Positions 1 to 13,759 of a DNA stretch of 64,000 bases are shown here, piece after piece (positions within the stretch are counted from its first letter, which is position 1; each line of letters opens with the position of its first letter). The notes beneath the pieces were generated by a model. It made no database searches, had not been told where the DNA came from, and was given only the letters and a program-made list of their open reading frames with translations. Both the position numbers and the translations under genes were made by a program. The stretch lies in the NCBI RefSeq assembly GCF_009914755.1, contig NC_060933.1; one strand, given 5' to 3'. The DNA comes from the human T2T-CHM13v2.0 reference genome, Homo sapiens.

Positions 1-13
1 ATGTATTTGCTGG

Positions 14-770
14 TGTGGATGAAAAGAGTCAAACTGTAAAATATTTGAAGAGATTTATTCTGAGCCAAATATGAGTGACCATGGCCTATGACACAGCCCT
101 CAGGAGGTCCTGAGAACATGTCCCCAAGGTGGTCGGGGTAGAGCTTGGTTTTATATATTTTAGGAAGGCATGAGATGTCAATTAAATACATTTAAGAAAT
201 ACATTGGTTTGGTTCAGAAAGGTGGGACAACTCATAGCAGGGATTTCCAGGCTATAGGCAAATTTAAACATTTTCTGGTTGAAAATTGGTTGAGGTTATC
301 TGAAGACCTGGGATTAATGGAAAGGATGTTCAGGTCAAGACAAAGGATTGTGGGGACCAAGTTTTATTGTGCAGAGGAATCTCTCAGGTAGCAGACTTCA
401 GAGAGAGAGCAGGTTGTAAAATGTTTCTTATGGGACCTAAAAGGGAGCCTGGCTCTTAGTTGATTATCTCCTGGATCTGGAAAGGAAGGAAGGAAAACAA
501 AGGGGGAAGCAGATTCTTTATATGATATGGATTTTTCCCACAAGAGATTTTGCAGGGCAATTTCAAGGCATGGCAAGGAAATATATTTTGAGGTTAAATA
601 TTTTTTTCCTTGGCTCATGATATTATGCCAGAGTCAGATTGAAAAGCAAGTCACAATATACAGGGTCAAATAAAACCCATCTGATGAGAATCCATGATCT
701 GTAGGGCATGACTCCCCAGATCCCTTAGGTAGGAATTTGGGCAGGATAAAAATTCAGAGGTTAGTTCTCA
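14..770 (-). mobile_element. Solo ERV1 LTR, MER4 group (MER4D/E-like)
   Basis: TG...CA termini with near-TSD ctgg/ctag; its reverse complement matches the plus-strand LTR at 2847-3738 (…cccaaattcctaYctaaggga…ggggagtcatgcc). Confidence 0.8.
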
Positions 771-940
771 CTAGGTTGAAGCTTCTGCCCATTTAGAATT
801 TAAGCAGCTATTGTCAAGGTGCTTTCCACAGAGGTGGGACTGGTTCTACTGCACCATCAATGGATGGAAGCGCGCTTCCCTATGTCCCCAGCAACACAGA
901 TGCTGTGAACACGGTGCGCACTTGGCAATCTGCTGGTGTG

Positions 941-1506
941 TGTCAGATACAGTAAGTTCCTCTTCAAAGGTTTAATTTCTGACTTCCTTGTTCTCAAGAT
1001 CAACTTCCTTGTCCCTTCTCCTAAGCTACTTGCTCTGTAAACTTCTCCCACCAGTCCCAATCTGTAACTCACATCTCTTCCTTATTTGGAAAGAGTCCTC
1101 TTTTACTCCTGGCTACCCATTCTGTAAACTGCCCCTCCCACCAAAACAGTTCTTCCAGCCGAAACTACCCTGCCTGCCTTTGCCGCACTCTGACATGCCC
1201 AAACATGCCTTGTACCATAACAGACAGCCTCTCCCTTCCTGCCTAATTAGCCGTATTCAGTTTTAAACAGTAGCAAATCAGGTCAGTTTAGATTGTGCAG
1301 TCCGACTCCAGCCAATGGAGACAGGACACAGAAGCAGAGACTAACCACGTTAGGGATAAAAACTCTTTCCCTCCTTTGTTCAGTGTGCTCTTCTCAGTGG
1401 CCAGAAGCACAAGCAGCACCCTTCTGCAGAAGTAAGTTTGCCTTGCTGAGAAATCCTTTGTTCCAGTGCTCATTTTCCTTGTGACTCTGAGCTCTTATTT
1501 CTAACA
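941..1506 (+). mobile_element. Solo ERV1 LTR (subfamily not assigned)
   Basis: TGTCAG…TCTAACA termini, near-TSD tgtg/tatg, CCAAT, TATA-like and AGTAAG poly(A)-like elements; same family as 4126-4594. Confidence 0.75.
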
Positions 1507-2347
1507 TATGAAATGTTCTCTTGTTGTAGTTTCAGTTTGCATTTATTTTACTATGGCTGATGTTAAGCATCTTTTCACCTGTTTGAGAGTCATTGCATTG
1601 CTTGTCTGTAAACTGTCTGTAGCTTTTTTTCCACTTTCTGTTAAGTTCTTTGTCTCTTTACATTTTAAAAGCGTGGTTCATCCTGGGTTGGCTGAGCCAC
1701 ACCTGTCCAGACCTGTCCATTCAGGGGCCCCTACCTCCAGCACTTGACACTAACTCATAGGCTGCAGACCCTACCCTTATCCACAGGCAACTTTCAGCCC
1801 TTTCCAAGGTCAAATGCCATATTGATTGTAGTATTTACGTATTCCTTACCATTTTCATTAGGTTCCTCCTTTTTATGTGTTACTGATGAAATTTTTGAAC
1901 ATTGTGATCCTAACCCCTATTTTTTCCCACCAGCCATGTGATTTCTTGGCACTAGTTTGCAGAGCATGGTGAATGTCACATTATAACAGAACTGATTGTA
2001 TAGCAAATGGAAATACAAAGCAAATGGACAGAAATAAGTTTTCTACAACAGCAATGACAGCAAATGTAATTTGGTTATTCTTTCTAGTTTAAAGAAAATG
2101 ACCCTTAGACAACATTTCAAAAAGTCAATAACATATTGTTTATAAGAGATACCAAAAAATGGGACATTGGAAGTAAAAATGGAGAACACTTTTCTATCAA
2201 ATAAGAACCTAAAGAATGTTGAGAGTTGTTTGTTTGTTTTGTAGTTTTCAGCATGCAAATTCTGAACATGTTTCAGTAAAAATGTACATCTAGTATTTCA
2301 TTTTTGGTGCTATTTTAAATGGTACTTTCTTTTTAAAAAATTGATTT

Positions 2348-2791
2348 GTGAAAGGAAAATAAAAAACTTGGGACCTCAATTCACCCATCCAAAAGAAAAA
2401 AAATTAAGCTGGAAGCTGAGTCATAGAAGAAGCTGCCTCTCCTTTTGTTCCTAAGCAGAAAGCTACAGATAAAAGGTTGAGTATCTTCACAGGTAGCTGC
2501 TCCATGTTCACCTGACCTTATGAAAAGCGTGGATTACTGAGCACAAGACAAATATATGATTGACTGTTTCCCTACATGTTCCTTTTCTCTTGCCACCTGT
2601 GGATGACCACACCCTCCTTCTTTTCCCCACCAGCCCACTTCTCCCTTTTAAATATTGAGGCCCTCAAAGTCATCTTTGGAGAAAGACACAGACCACAGAC
2701 TGTTTCTGTGATTCTGGTTTTCTTTTCCTTAACATTGGCAAAATAAACTTCTCAATTGATTAAGACCTGTCTCAGATACTTTTTGACTTAC
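2348..2791 (+). mobile_element. MER4-group ERV1 5' LTR
   Basis: Starts TGTGAAAGGAAAATAAAAAACTTGGGACC, has AATAAA near 2742, ends …ACA and is followed by a degenerate PBS-like sequence and internal DNA. Confidence 0.7.
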
Positions 2792-2846
2792 AAATTGTGA
2801 CCAACAGAAGGAACTCTGAGTGGAGGTGGTCCTTTGACAAATCTCC

Positions 2847-3738
<892 letters not shown>

Positions 3739-4125
3739 CTCCTATCCATGCTCAGTATCAGTTTGGGCTATCTTTATTGCTCAAATTAATAGGACAATTT
3801 GCTGAAGTCCGATTTGCTGAAGTCCAGGAGTATCCCCTTCTACCCCAGAGAATCCCTGATCTCCCAACATTCGGTTGAGATCTGAGGTTTCTTTTGCTGA
3901 GCAACTCCTTTTCTGGAGTTTCAGCTCGATTCCAACAGGGAAGGCGAGTTTGGGACTTTTCCTGTTTCTGAGACAGTAGAGAGCAGTCTTCAGCCTGGGC
4001 CCCATTTCTAGGTAAGTAGCTGAATTGGAGTTTTGTCTTGAAAATTCTCCCTCATGACTAAAAGTTAAGATTGACCACCGCCTGGTCTTCATTTCTGCTT
4101 CCATTAGAGAGCTCAGTAATCATAT

Positions 4126-4594
4126 TGCCAGAAATTATAAGTTCCTCTTCAAAGCTTCTTTGGTCTTTCTTGCTCTGTACACAGCCCTTCCTGCTTAATC
4201 TGTAATGAGCACTTGTTTTTCTGCTTAATCTGTAACCTGCAAACCTCTTACTCTGTAAACAACTCTTCCCACCTAGTTGGTAAGGAACAGCCTCTCCCTT
4301 CCCGCATAATTGGCCTTATTCAATTTCAAACACTAGCCAATCGGGTCAGTTTAGACTGTGCAGTCCAACTCCAGCCAATGGGGAAAGGACACAGAAACAG
4401 GAACTGCATCAGCCAATGGGGAAAGGACACAGAAACAGGAACTGCATTAGGGGTAAAAACCCCTGCCCTCCCAGCTTGGTGTGCTCTTGCGATTGTGACT
4501 GATGCAGGCAGCACCCTTCTGCAGAAGTAAATGTGCCTTGCTGAGAAATTTTCTGCCTGGTTTTCTTTGCAGCACCAAGCATTTTTTTCTAACA
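4126..4594 (+). mobile_element. Nested ERV1 solo LTR (same family as 941-1506)
   Basis: TG…CA termini, exact TSD ATAT; internal tandem duplication of the CCAAT-containing segment at ~4372-4447. Confidence 0.8.
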
Positions 4595-4892
4595 ATATAG
4601 TTTGGTTTCATTGTCGTTTTGGTCTTTCTCCCATTGGATTTGACCATCTCTACCTGACTTGGCCAAATCTGAATGAGAATTCCACACTATGGGTAACAAG
4701 CCCTCTGGATTGGCTAAAATTCCTTGAAGCTGCAAAAGAGAAAAAAAAAACATTCACTTGATTTCTCTGTGTGCTTCCTTTCTTAAAAAATTATTCTTTT
4801 ATTTTTCTTCCACCCTATTTCTCCCAAAAAGGGGAAGCCCTTTTGCCATCTTTGGTACCAAGTGAAAAAAATGTCTACAGAAGGGTTCTAAT

Positions 4893-5531
4893 TGAAGCGG
4901 CGTTGTTGTCTGGGGTAAATACCTGAGGTTCGTCATCTCACACCAGGGAAGTTGAGGATGCAGACACACAAGAAGTGAGTTTAAGATCAGAGGCTTAATA
5001 GGCAAAGGAAAGAGAAAAGAGGATAGCTCTCTCACCTGCGGAGAGAGAGGGGCGTCTGAGTGGGTCTTCCAGGTCCTTGGTGAAATGCACGAGGTTTTAT
5101 AGACGAGCTTGAGGAGGCAATATCTGATTTACATAGGACATGAGAGATTGGTCAGACTAGGCATGCCATTTGCATAGTGCACAAAGAAGCTGGCCGACCC
5201 ACCCTAATCTTTTATTATCCAGATGGGGTCTCTACCTGGCCGGTGTCATATTGCCTGCCTTTTACCACACAGGTGGCGACCAAGAAAAGGGAAGGGGGAT
5301 CCTTCATGTTGAACAGACTTGGCTTCCAGGTATCCCTCTTCTATCACCACAGCTGCTAGCATTTACCTATGTAAGCTTTTAGCTTGTTTATCTATACTTG
5401 CAGCTTGATTTTTCAGGCTGCTTTTTGTTAGGAAAGAAATGATTGGGGGCTGCTTTTTATTAAAAGGAAACCTTGCTGAGGACTCTCTTACCCTCCTTAT
5501 CTGCCTGAATTTCTTTCTCACTCCTGTATCA
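4893..5531 (-). mobile_element. Nested ERV1 solo LTR
   Basis: TGA…TCA termini with exact TSD TAAT; poly(A)-like signal and CCAAT read on the minus strand. Confidence 0.75.
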
Positions 5532-6809
5532 TAATGACTTGGATCCTTAAATAACTCAGAATAAAGGCACCACTCACCCTGTGCGGGGGTGTTCTGCTTT
5601 CTGTGTGGAGTTTTCAGAGTCATGGCAGGTTTTTCTTAGGTCTAAAGTTCTGCTTTCCTGTATTGCATTACTTGACTTCTTTGACTTTTAGAGATACCAG
5701 AGATTACTCTGTACTGTGAGAATATTTGACCTTGGTGTGTGTCATGGCAGATGAGAGCTACAACGTTAGGGAAGGCTGAGGACAGTTTACAGGAAATGGT
5801 CATTACTACAGGGGGCCACTCATTGCACATTTAGATCAGAAAATTGTGCATGCTTTCTTGGCTCTGTTCCTTAGAGGGCTCCACCCTAAAGCCAGTGACC
5901 TAATCAAGCTCCGCTGAAAATACTACCTATCAAACTAAGTCACTTCAATAAAATTCTGTGTAAAGGAAATTTATGTCTTTAAAGGAAATTTCCATTTTGT
6001 AAGGACATCTCTGTCTCTGCGTCTAAACCACTAGGAACTTTAACTAAGGGGGAGACAATGGCTTCATTTACATAACAGACCTTGCCTTTTTTAGATCCAA
6101 GTCTGTGCCTTTGAGATGTACATTTTTTACCTTGCTTCACCTAAGTCATGTATTTGGAGATGTAAATTTAGAGTTACCTAGTTAACAATTGTTTAAGACA
6201 TGGAATAGATAATCAAGAGATTAGTGGTATAAAGTAGGGAAGAAAAAAACTTTGAAAACAGGCAAGTGAAACATTTTAAATCCCTAAGATTTGCCTCTGT
6301 CTGTGTCTGTTAAGTCTGTGTGTTTATGTGTCACATGGAAACAATATTTCACTACCAATCATATGAAAGAGCTCTAATTAGTTGGCTTAAAGAAAAGTAA
6401 GTGTTTGTAGACTAATAGAAGCTAGCCCAGAGGCCTTTCAGCTCACATGACTTTAGTAATCTTTGGTAAGATTAATTTGGTAAATGTAATCTCACAATTC
6501 TCTCCAGTAATTGAAAATCTTAAAGTCATGTTGTGTTAAATTAAGTCATCCTAGGTTTTTTGCTGGAAATTAGGGTTTCTAAGAGAATAGTAGGAAAGTA
6601 AGATGCATTTTTGGTGAAGTTTATTTAAAAAACATGAGGATGTGGTTTTTGCTCAATGAAACATATTTTTTTTCTAGTTTAAAGGACCTTTCTGCTGGTG
6701 TCGAAGATAAAAACCGCTATTCACATCCAACCGTTCTTTTGTAAACTGGTGAGTTTGCATTGGTACCTCCTGGCTGGAATTCCAAGGCAAAAGCTATGGG
6801 ACCTTTATT

Positions 6810-7203
6810 TGTGTGTGTGTGTGCGCGCACGCGTGCACATGTGTGATTGTGCGAGTGTGTGTGTGAGTGTGCATGTGTGTGGTGTGTGTGCGAGTGTGTG
6901 TGTGCATGTATGTGAATGTGTTCATGTGCATGTGCAAGTGTGTGGTGTGTGTGTGCGCAAATGTATGCATGTGCGTGTGCGAGTGTGTGGTGTGTGCGAG
7001 TGTGTGTGCACGTGTGTGTCATGTGAGTTTTGTGTGTGCGAGTGTGTGCATGTGTGGTGTGTGCATGTGCGAGTGTGTGTGCAAATGTGTCAGTGTGTGC
7101 ATGTGTGTGTGCGTGTGGTGTGTGTGCATGTGTGTGAGTGTGTACACGCGTGCATGCTTAGGTGTGTTTATGTGTGCATGCGTGTGTTTTGTTATGTGTT
7201 GTG
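6810..7203. repeat. Degenerate (TG)n/(TGCA) purine-pyrimidine repeat
   Basis: About 390 bp of imperfect tgtgtg/tgca; produces the spurious Cys/Val and His/Thr ORFs. Confidence 0.95.
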
Positions 7204-7542
7204 ACCACAAGGTACCAAATTGGCTTAAAAAAAAAGGAGTGCCAATAAATTAAGTAAATAAGTGCAAATACTTTTCAAGTTCATATGACTTCAGTAAATC
7301 TTTAATAAATAACCTAACTTTAAAATAATTGGTAAAATAAAATTAGAAATGTCTTCAGAATTGTCAACATACATTATTATTTAGATTTATTGGTCTAATA
7401 TTGTTAATTTAATAAAAACAGTAAATCCTGCGTTATTGGCCAAAAAATTCATTTATTTAACCTTAAGATTCTTACTTAGGTAAACACCTGAAATTCACTG
7501 GCTATAAAAATGGTCAACAAGGAAATAACTTTAAATGATGAC

Positions 7543-8586
7543 TGTAAGCCAAAATATATCTGAGACAGGTCCCAATGAATTTAGAAGTTTCTTTTGCCAA
7601 GGTTAAGGACATGCCATGTGAGCCCCCAAAATCTGAGACAGGTCTCATTTAATTTAGAATGTTAATTTTGTCAAAGTTGGGGACACGTGTCCACGACACA
7701 GCCTCAGGAGGTCCTGATGACAGGTGCCCACGGTGGTCCAAGCACAGTTTGGTTTTATGCATTTTAGGGAGACATGAGACATCAATCAACATACGTAAGA
7801 TGAACATTAGTTCAGTCCGGAAAGGCGGGACAACTCGAAGCTGGGAGGGGGGCTTCCAGGTCATAGGTAGATAAGAGATAAATGGTTGTATTCTTTGGAG
7901 TTTCTGATGAGCCTCTCCAAAGGAGACATCAAATATGTATTTAACCCAGTGAGCCGAGGGATGATTTTCAATAGAATGAGAGGCAGGTTTGCCCAAAGCA
8001 CTTCCCAGCTTGACTTTTCCCTTTAGCTTAGTGATTTGGGGGGCCCAAGAGATTTTCCTTTCACACCCATGACGCAGCCTCAGAAGGTCCTGATGACTTG
8101 TGACCAGGCTGGTTGGGCCACAACTTTTTCACACATTTTAGGGAGACATACGACATCAATCAATACATGTAAGATGTACCTTGGTTCAGTCCAGAAAAAG
8201 CCAGACAGCTGGAAATGGGGCCTTCCAAGTCATAGGCAGATGCAAAGATGTTCTGATCAGCAGTTGGTTATTACCTAAAGACCTGAAATCAGTAGAAAGG
8301 AATGTCTGAGTTACGATAAGGGGTTGTGGAGACCAAAGTTTTATCACGCAGGTGAAGCCTCCAGGCGGAGGTTTCAGAGAGAATAGATTGTAAATGTTTC
8401 TTATCAGACTTAAAGCGTCTGTCCTCTCAGTCTGAAGGTCTGTGTTGATGGTAATAAGGTATGTCCAACTCCCTCTTCCCATCTTGGCCTGAGCTAGTTT
8501 TTCAGGTTAACTTTGGAATGCATGTGGCAGAGAGGACAGGTCCAATCAGATGGTTGGGGGGCTTACAATTTTACTTTTGGTTTACC
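7543..8586 (-). mobile_element. MER4-group LTR with a second MER4A-like LTR (7617-8065) nested inside
   Basis: Outer TSD TGAC (7539-7542 and 8587-8590); inner element TGTG…TCACA flanked by gcca/ccca; the duplicated ctgagacaggtc motif shows two related LTRs. Confidence 0.8.
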
Positions 8587-8865
8587 TGACTATCATAATT
8601 TTCATAAGCAATCTAGGCAAACTATTAAAAATTAATTAATTAAGTGTAATGGACTAAATGCTTGCAAATAAACATCATAGAATTTAAAATCTAAAGTTAT
8701 AGCAAATTAAATAATATTTGTTAAATGTCTGTATCGTTTCCAATTTTTTTAACAAAAATTTGATTATAGGAGAAAACATTTTTCTGAAAAATAATGTGTT
8801 TTTATGAAAAGGAAATAATTTTTGTCTAATTCAAAGGCTATTTAAACGTCATTTTTGAAACAAGG

Positions 8866-9620
8866 TGTATTAGGGTTCTCTAGAGGGACAGGACTAATAG
8901 GATAGATATATACATATAAAGGGGAGTTTATTAAGCATTAACTTACACAATCACAAGGTCCTACAGTAGGCTGTCTGCAAGCTGAGGAGTGAGGACAGCC
9001 AGTGTGAGTCCCAAAACTGAAGAACTTGGAGTCCGATGTTCAAGGGCAGGAAGGATCCAGCACAGGAGAAAGATGTAGGCTGGGAGGCTAGGCCAGTCTA
9101 GTCTTTTTATGTTCTTCTGTGTCTGCATTTTTTTTTTTTTTTTTTTGAGATGGAGTCTCGCTCTGTCGCCCAGGCTGGAGTGCATTAGCACGATCTTGGC
9201 TCACTGCAAGCTCCACCTCCTGGATTCATGCCATTCTCCTGCCTCAACCTCCTGAGTAGCTGGGACTACAGGTGCCCGCCACCACGCCCGGCTAATTTTT
9301 TTGTATTTTTAGTAGAGACGAGGTTTCACCATGTTAGCCAGGATTGTCTCGATCTCCTGACCTTGTGATCCGCCCGCCTCAGCCTCCCAAAGTCCTGGGA
9401 TTACAGGCTTGAGCCACCGCACCGGGCCTTCCTGCTTTTTATTCTGGCTGTGCTGGCAGCTGATTAGATGGTGTCCACCCAAATTGAGGGTGAGTCCGCC
9501 TCTGCCAGTCCACTGACTCAAATGTGAATCTCCTTTGGCAACACCCTCACAGACACTCCCAGGAACAATACTTTGCATCCTTCAATACAATCAAGTTGAC
9601 ATGATGTATTAACCATCACA
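8866..9620. mobile_element. MLT2A (ERVL) solo LTR interrupted by a minus-strand AluY-like element (~9127-9428)
   Basis: TGTATTAGGGTTCTCTAGAGGGACAG start, AACCATCACA end, exact 5-bp TSD CAAGG. Confidence 0.88.
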
Positions 9621-10207
9621 CAAGGTAAAAGGAACCAGTACATAAGAGAGATATAAAGAATGTTATAAATATGAAGAGGTATTTTTGGTAAGAAGGGAAA
9701 ATAATTTTATATGAGAAAAAATCTTATGTGGTAATTTTTTTGTCCTAAAATAAAATGACTGGTTGTTTAAGAAAGAGGGATGTTTAGGATAAAACACGAA
9801 CTCCAAGCATATTGTAAATGGTTTGTGTAAGTGGTAATAAGGTTTACAAAAAGGGAATTTATGAAAAAACTTTACATAATCAAGTTGGTTCTAATTAAAA
9901 GGAAATTACAATAGTCTCTCTAGAGGTTGGGTTTTGATATTAAAATACACTAATTAAAGAATTGGTTAGAACAACAAAATTTTCTTAAGGTATTGATTTA
10001 CTCAATAAAATTACAAGAGATTTTAATTTTTTTAATGCAAAAGTTTAACTTTTATTGCATCTCACTGTTTTCAGCTTTCTCTCCCCTTCAAGAAGGCCTG
10101 AAATAAGTTTCTCCTGCAAATTACTCATCATCTCCCGTAACTAGTTTCCTCAGGTTCTAACTGCTGTTGTGGCCTGATGCCACAGAATATTTTATCTTAA
10201 GGATCTC

Positions 10208-10529
<322 letters not shown>

Positions 10530-12870
10530 TCAATATAACCTTCTGTGCTCTTGGCTTCAAATTCTTCTATGAAGTTGGAAACTTTCATTTCTGACCCAGG
10601 ACACACTCTTCCTATGTGTCTAACTAATTCAAGTCCTAGGAAAGCTGAGATTAAAAAAAATAAGGTTACAGTATCTGTGTAACTCTAGGTATTGCTTTTA
10701 AAGACCTTGTGCCATTAAGTTACAGGGCTTTGACTCCGGTCTAGAAAGGACACAAAGCCTACTAAACCTTAAACACGAACAGCAGTTAAAGCCTCCTCTT
10801 CAGACCCATGAGATGACAATCAAAATAACCTGCATTCATGAGACACAGGACTGGATATTAACACTATCCAGCGCCTCTAGAAGAGGTGAGCACGTGAGAT
10901 TCTCAGGGCTGATTATGAGAGATAAAATTAGTTCGGAGTTTCTCTACAAATTAAATATTAATATCAAGGCCACACTGATGGAAGACCGGCATAAAAGCCC
11001 CTTGGAAAAACTGGCCCCATGTCACTGACATGTGACAAGTAAAGACTGTCACTTCCTGACAGATCTAGGAATCCCAGAAACTGTCTGTGGTCTGTGTCTT
11101 TCTCCAGAGATGACTTTGAGGGCTTCAATGGTTAAAGAAGAGAAGCGGGCTGGCCCCAGAAAGGCACCCAGATCCTTCCTCCCGCCCCTTTCCCAACGGC
11201 TCCTTCTACTCCCATCCCTCATTCATCCTTTCTTTCATATTGATTGAGACCTGTTGTGCCTGTGTGTGCCAGGAACTCAGCCAGACCCTTGGACTTATGG
11301 GTGCCCTGCCCGCCTCTCCTGTGCATTAAATACCTTACAGGCTAGGGCTGAAGGCAGGTTTTGAGTACGAAAATAGAAGATCTCTAAAAGTTCCTAAAAC
11401 AGAGACAGAGAAGGGATAGTGATGGATTTGGGGAAAGACATGGGTGCCTAGAGAGGCCGGCTAATGATGACTATCTCTTGGGTAGGGAAGGGGTGGGGGG
11501 GACTCCTCCACCAAACAGATCCCTGTCTAAGCACAGCAGGGGAAGATGCAGGGAAAAGCCTCCATCTACACCCCAGATAACATCTACTGTCACTTTAGCT
11601 GCAAATCCACCTGCCAGAAAACCTTCTTGTGAAAATCTTGTGAAAAGGGAATTCATCTACTCAGATATGCCCTTGTCAGTTCCACTCTGTTTCAACAGAA
11701 GGGAAACCAAGCAAGATGCAGGAAGGCACAGCCCAGGGGCATCTAGTGCTAAGGCAGCTGCTGCAGGCTGTGCCCTCTGTCCAGCTGGCCGGGACTCAGC
11801 GGCTGGGAAGGCCTGTCTGGATGGTGCTGAGGGCTCATCTGCCTAGCAGGCTGCTCAGTCAGGAACACCCTGTTGATTCTCCAGGGAGGGCAGAGCCGGG
11901 GCAGCCGGGCAGGCTGGATCCAGCCCCACCTCCCAAATGCCCTGTCCTGTGGAGGAGTGACTCGGTCAGGACTGCTTCTCAGCAGCCATGGGCAAAGCTC
12001 AGGGCAGGTTCCACTTCTCCGCAGGCCTCCCGCCGCACAGGGAATGAGAGGAAGCCCCCGCCCTGGCTCTCTGCCCTCCACCTCTCCAAGCTTAGTTCCG
12101 ACCCCGCCCGCCCCTGGCTCACTGGCCTCTGCCTCCTCTCTGTGCCTGGCCATGCACCACCTCATTGCTGCCTCTGCAGCACTGCACCTTCCGTCCCTCT
12201 GCCTGGTCACCCTTCGCCGGGTCTTGCTGAGGCTCCTTCACAGAGGCCACAGCACGAGGGGCATCCTCCCCTCTGACGTCTCAGGAGGAGGCTCTGCTGC
12301 CCCCGAGTTCCTGAGAATCCCTCGCCCTCACCCAGACCCTCTGCCTGGGGCCCTAAATGCTTTCACATCCCTCCTCTGTCCTCAGACTCAGAAAGTAGAG
12401 CAGGGTGGGAGCTGGTCAGAGGGGGCCACTGCCACTCATCAGGTTTCCCTGGGGAACTTGACAGAAGAGGGCTTGGTGGGGGTGGGTGCCCCTCTCTAAG
12501 CTCGAGGGGTCAAGCAAGTGGATCCCAGATGGGAGGGCCCCAGGGTGCTGTATGCAGAGCGGCCCTGGGCTGGATCCCCCGGCCAGGCCAACCACTAAGC
12601 ACACCCTGCTCACCAGGGTCATGAATGTCCATCCTCTGGGCCACTCCTGGAACCAGGCTTCGGCCTCTCTCCTGGGACACTTATGTTCTACATGGGTCGC
12701 GGCCTCTGCAGGTGTGCACCTGTGGGCAGCATCGTTTTCCTGGCTGATGAAAGAGGAGATGGAGTTAGGGCAGGTGTGGCTCCGCGCTGTTGTAGCAGGT
12801 CAGGTTTCACTAGCAGCTGAACAGGCAGGCCCCCATAACAACTTTCAGCACTGACTGAGTGATTAAGTTA

Positions 12871-13311
<441 letters not shown>

Positions 13312-13721
13312 TTAACAGGACCCATTTAGGATTAAACAAGTTTTATTGGGGTCTAAAGGAACGCCCCAAACCTCCATGATTTAGCAGGAGACAAGATAAG
13401 GGTAATCACCCCAGCACCTGGACCCCTCCAGATTAAATAAATTTACTGAGGCTCCAGAGGAAGATCTTCAGGACTCAGGCGTTCGTTATAGATTAGAAGA
13501 AGTTCATCACTTATGTCTTAGGGGAATGCACACTTACACGTAGACATACAGCTTTGAAGGTATATAAGCTCTGGAAAACTTAGTAATTTTGAGTTGGTCT
13601 GGTGCTATTATCTCAGTACCCATTTACAGAAGCAAACTCTCTTCTTTCCCAGTTCATCTGCATCTCGTTATCAAGCCGTGAGAATTAGCTGCCCAACCCC
13701 GGGTTCAGTCTGGGTACAATT

Positions 13722-13739
13722 TGGCGAGCCAGCCAGGAG
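13722..13739 (+). promoter_or_regulatory. Retroviral primer binding site (tRNA-Arg)
   Basis: TGGCGAGCCAGCCAGGAG, 3 nt after the LTR end. Confidence 0.85.
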
Positions 13740-13759
13740 AAAGCGGCTAAGCAGCTTCA

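Noticed and set aside
6698-7253. Cys/Val- and His/Thr-rich ORFs (also 47695-48708)
   Set aside because: Translations of (TG)n/(CA)n low-complexity repeats, open in several frames on both strands.
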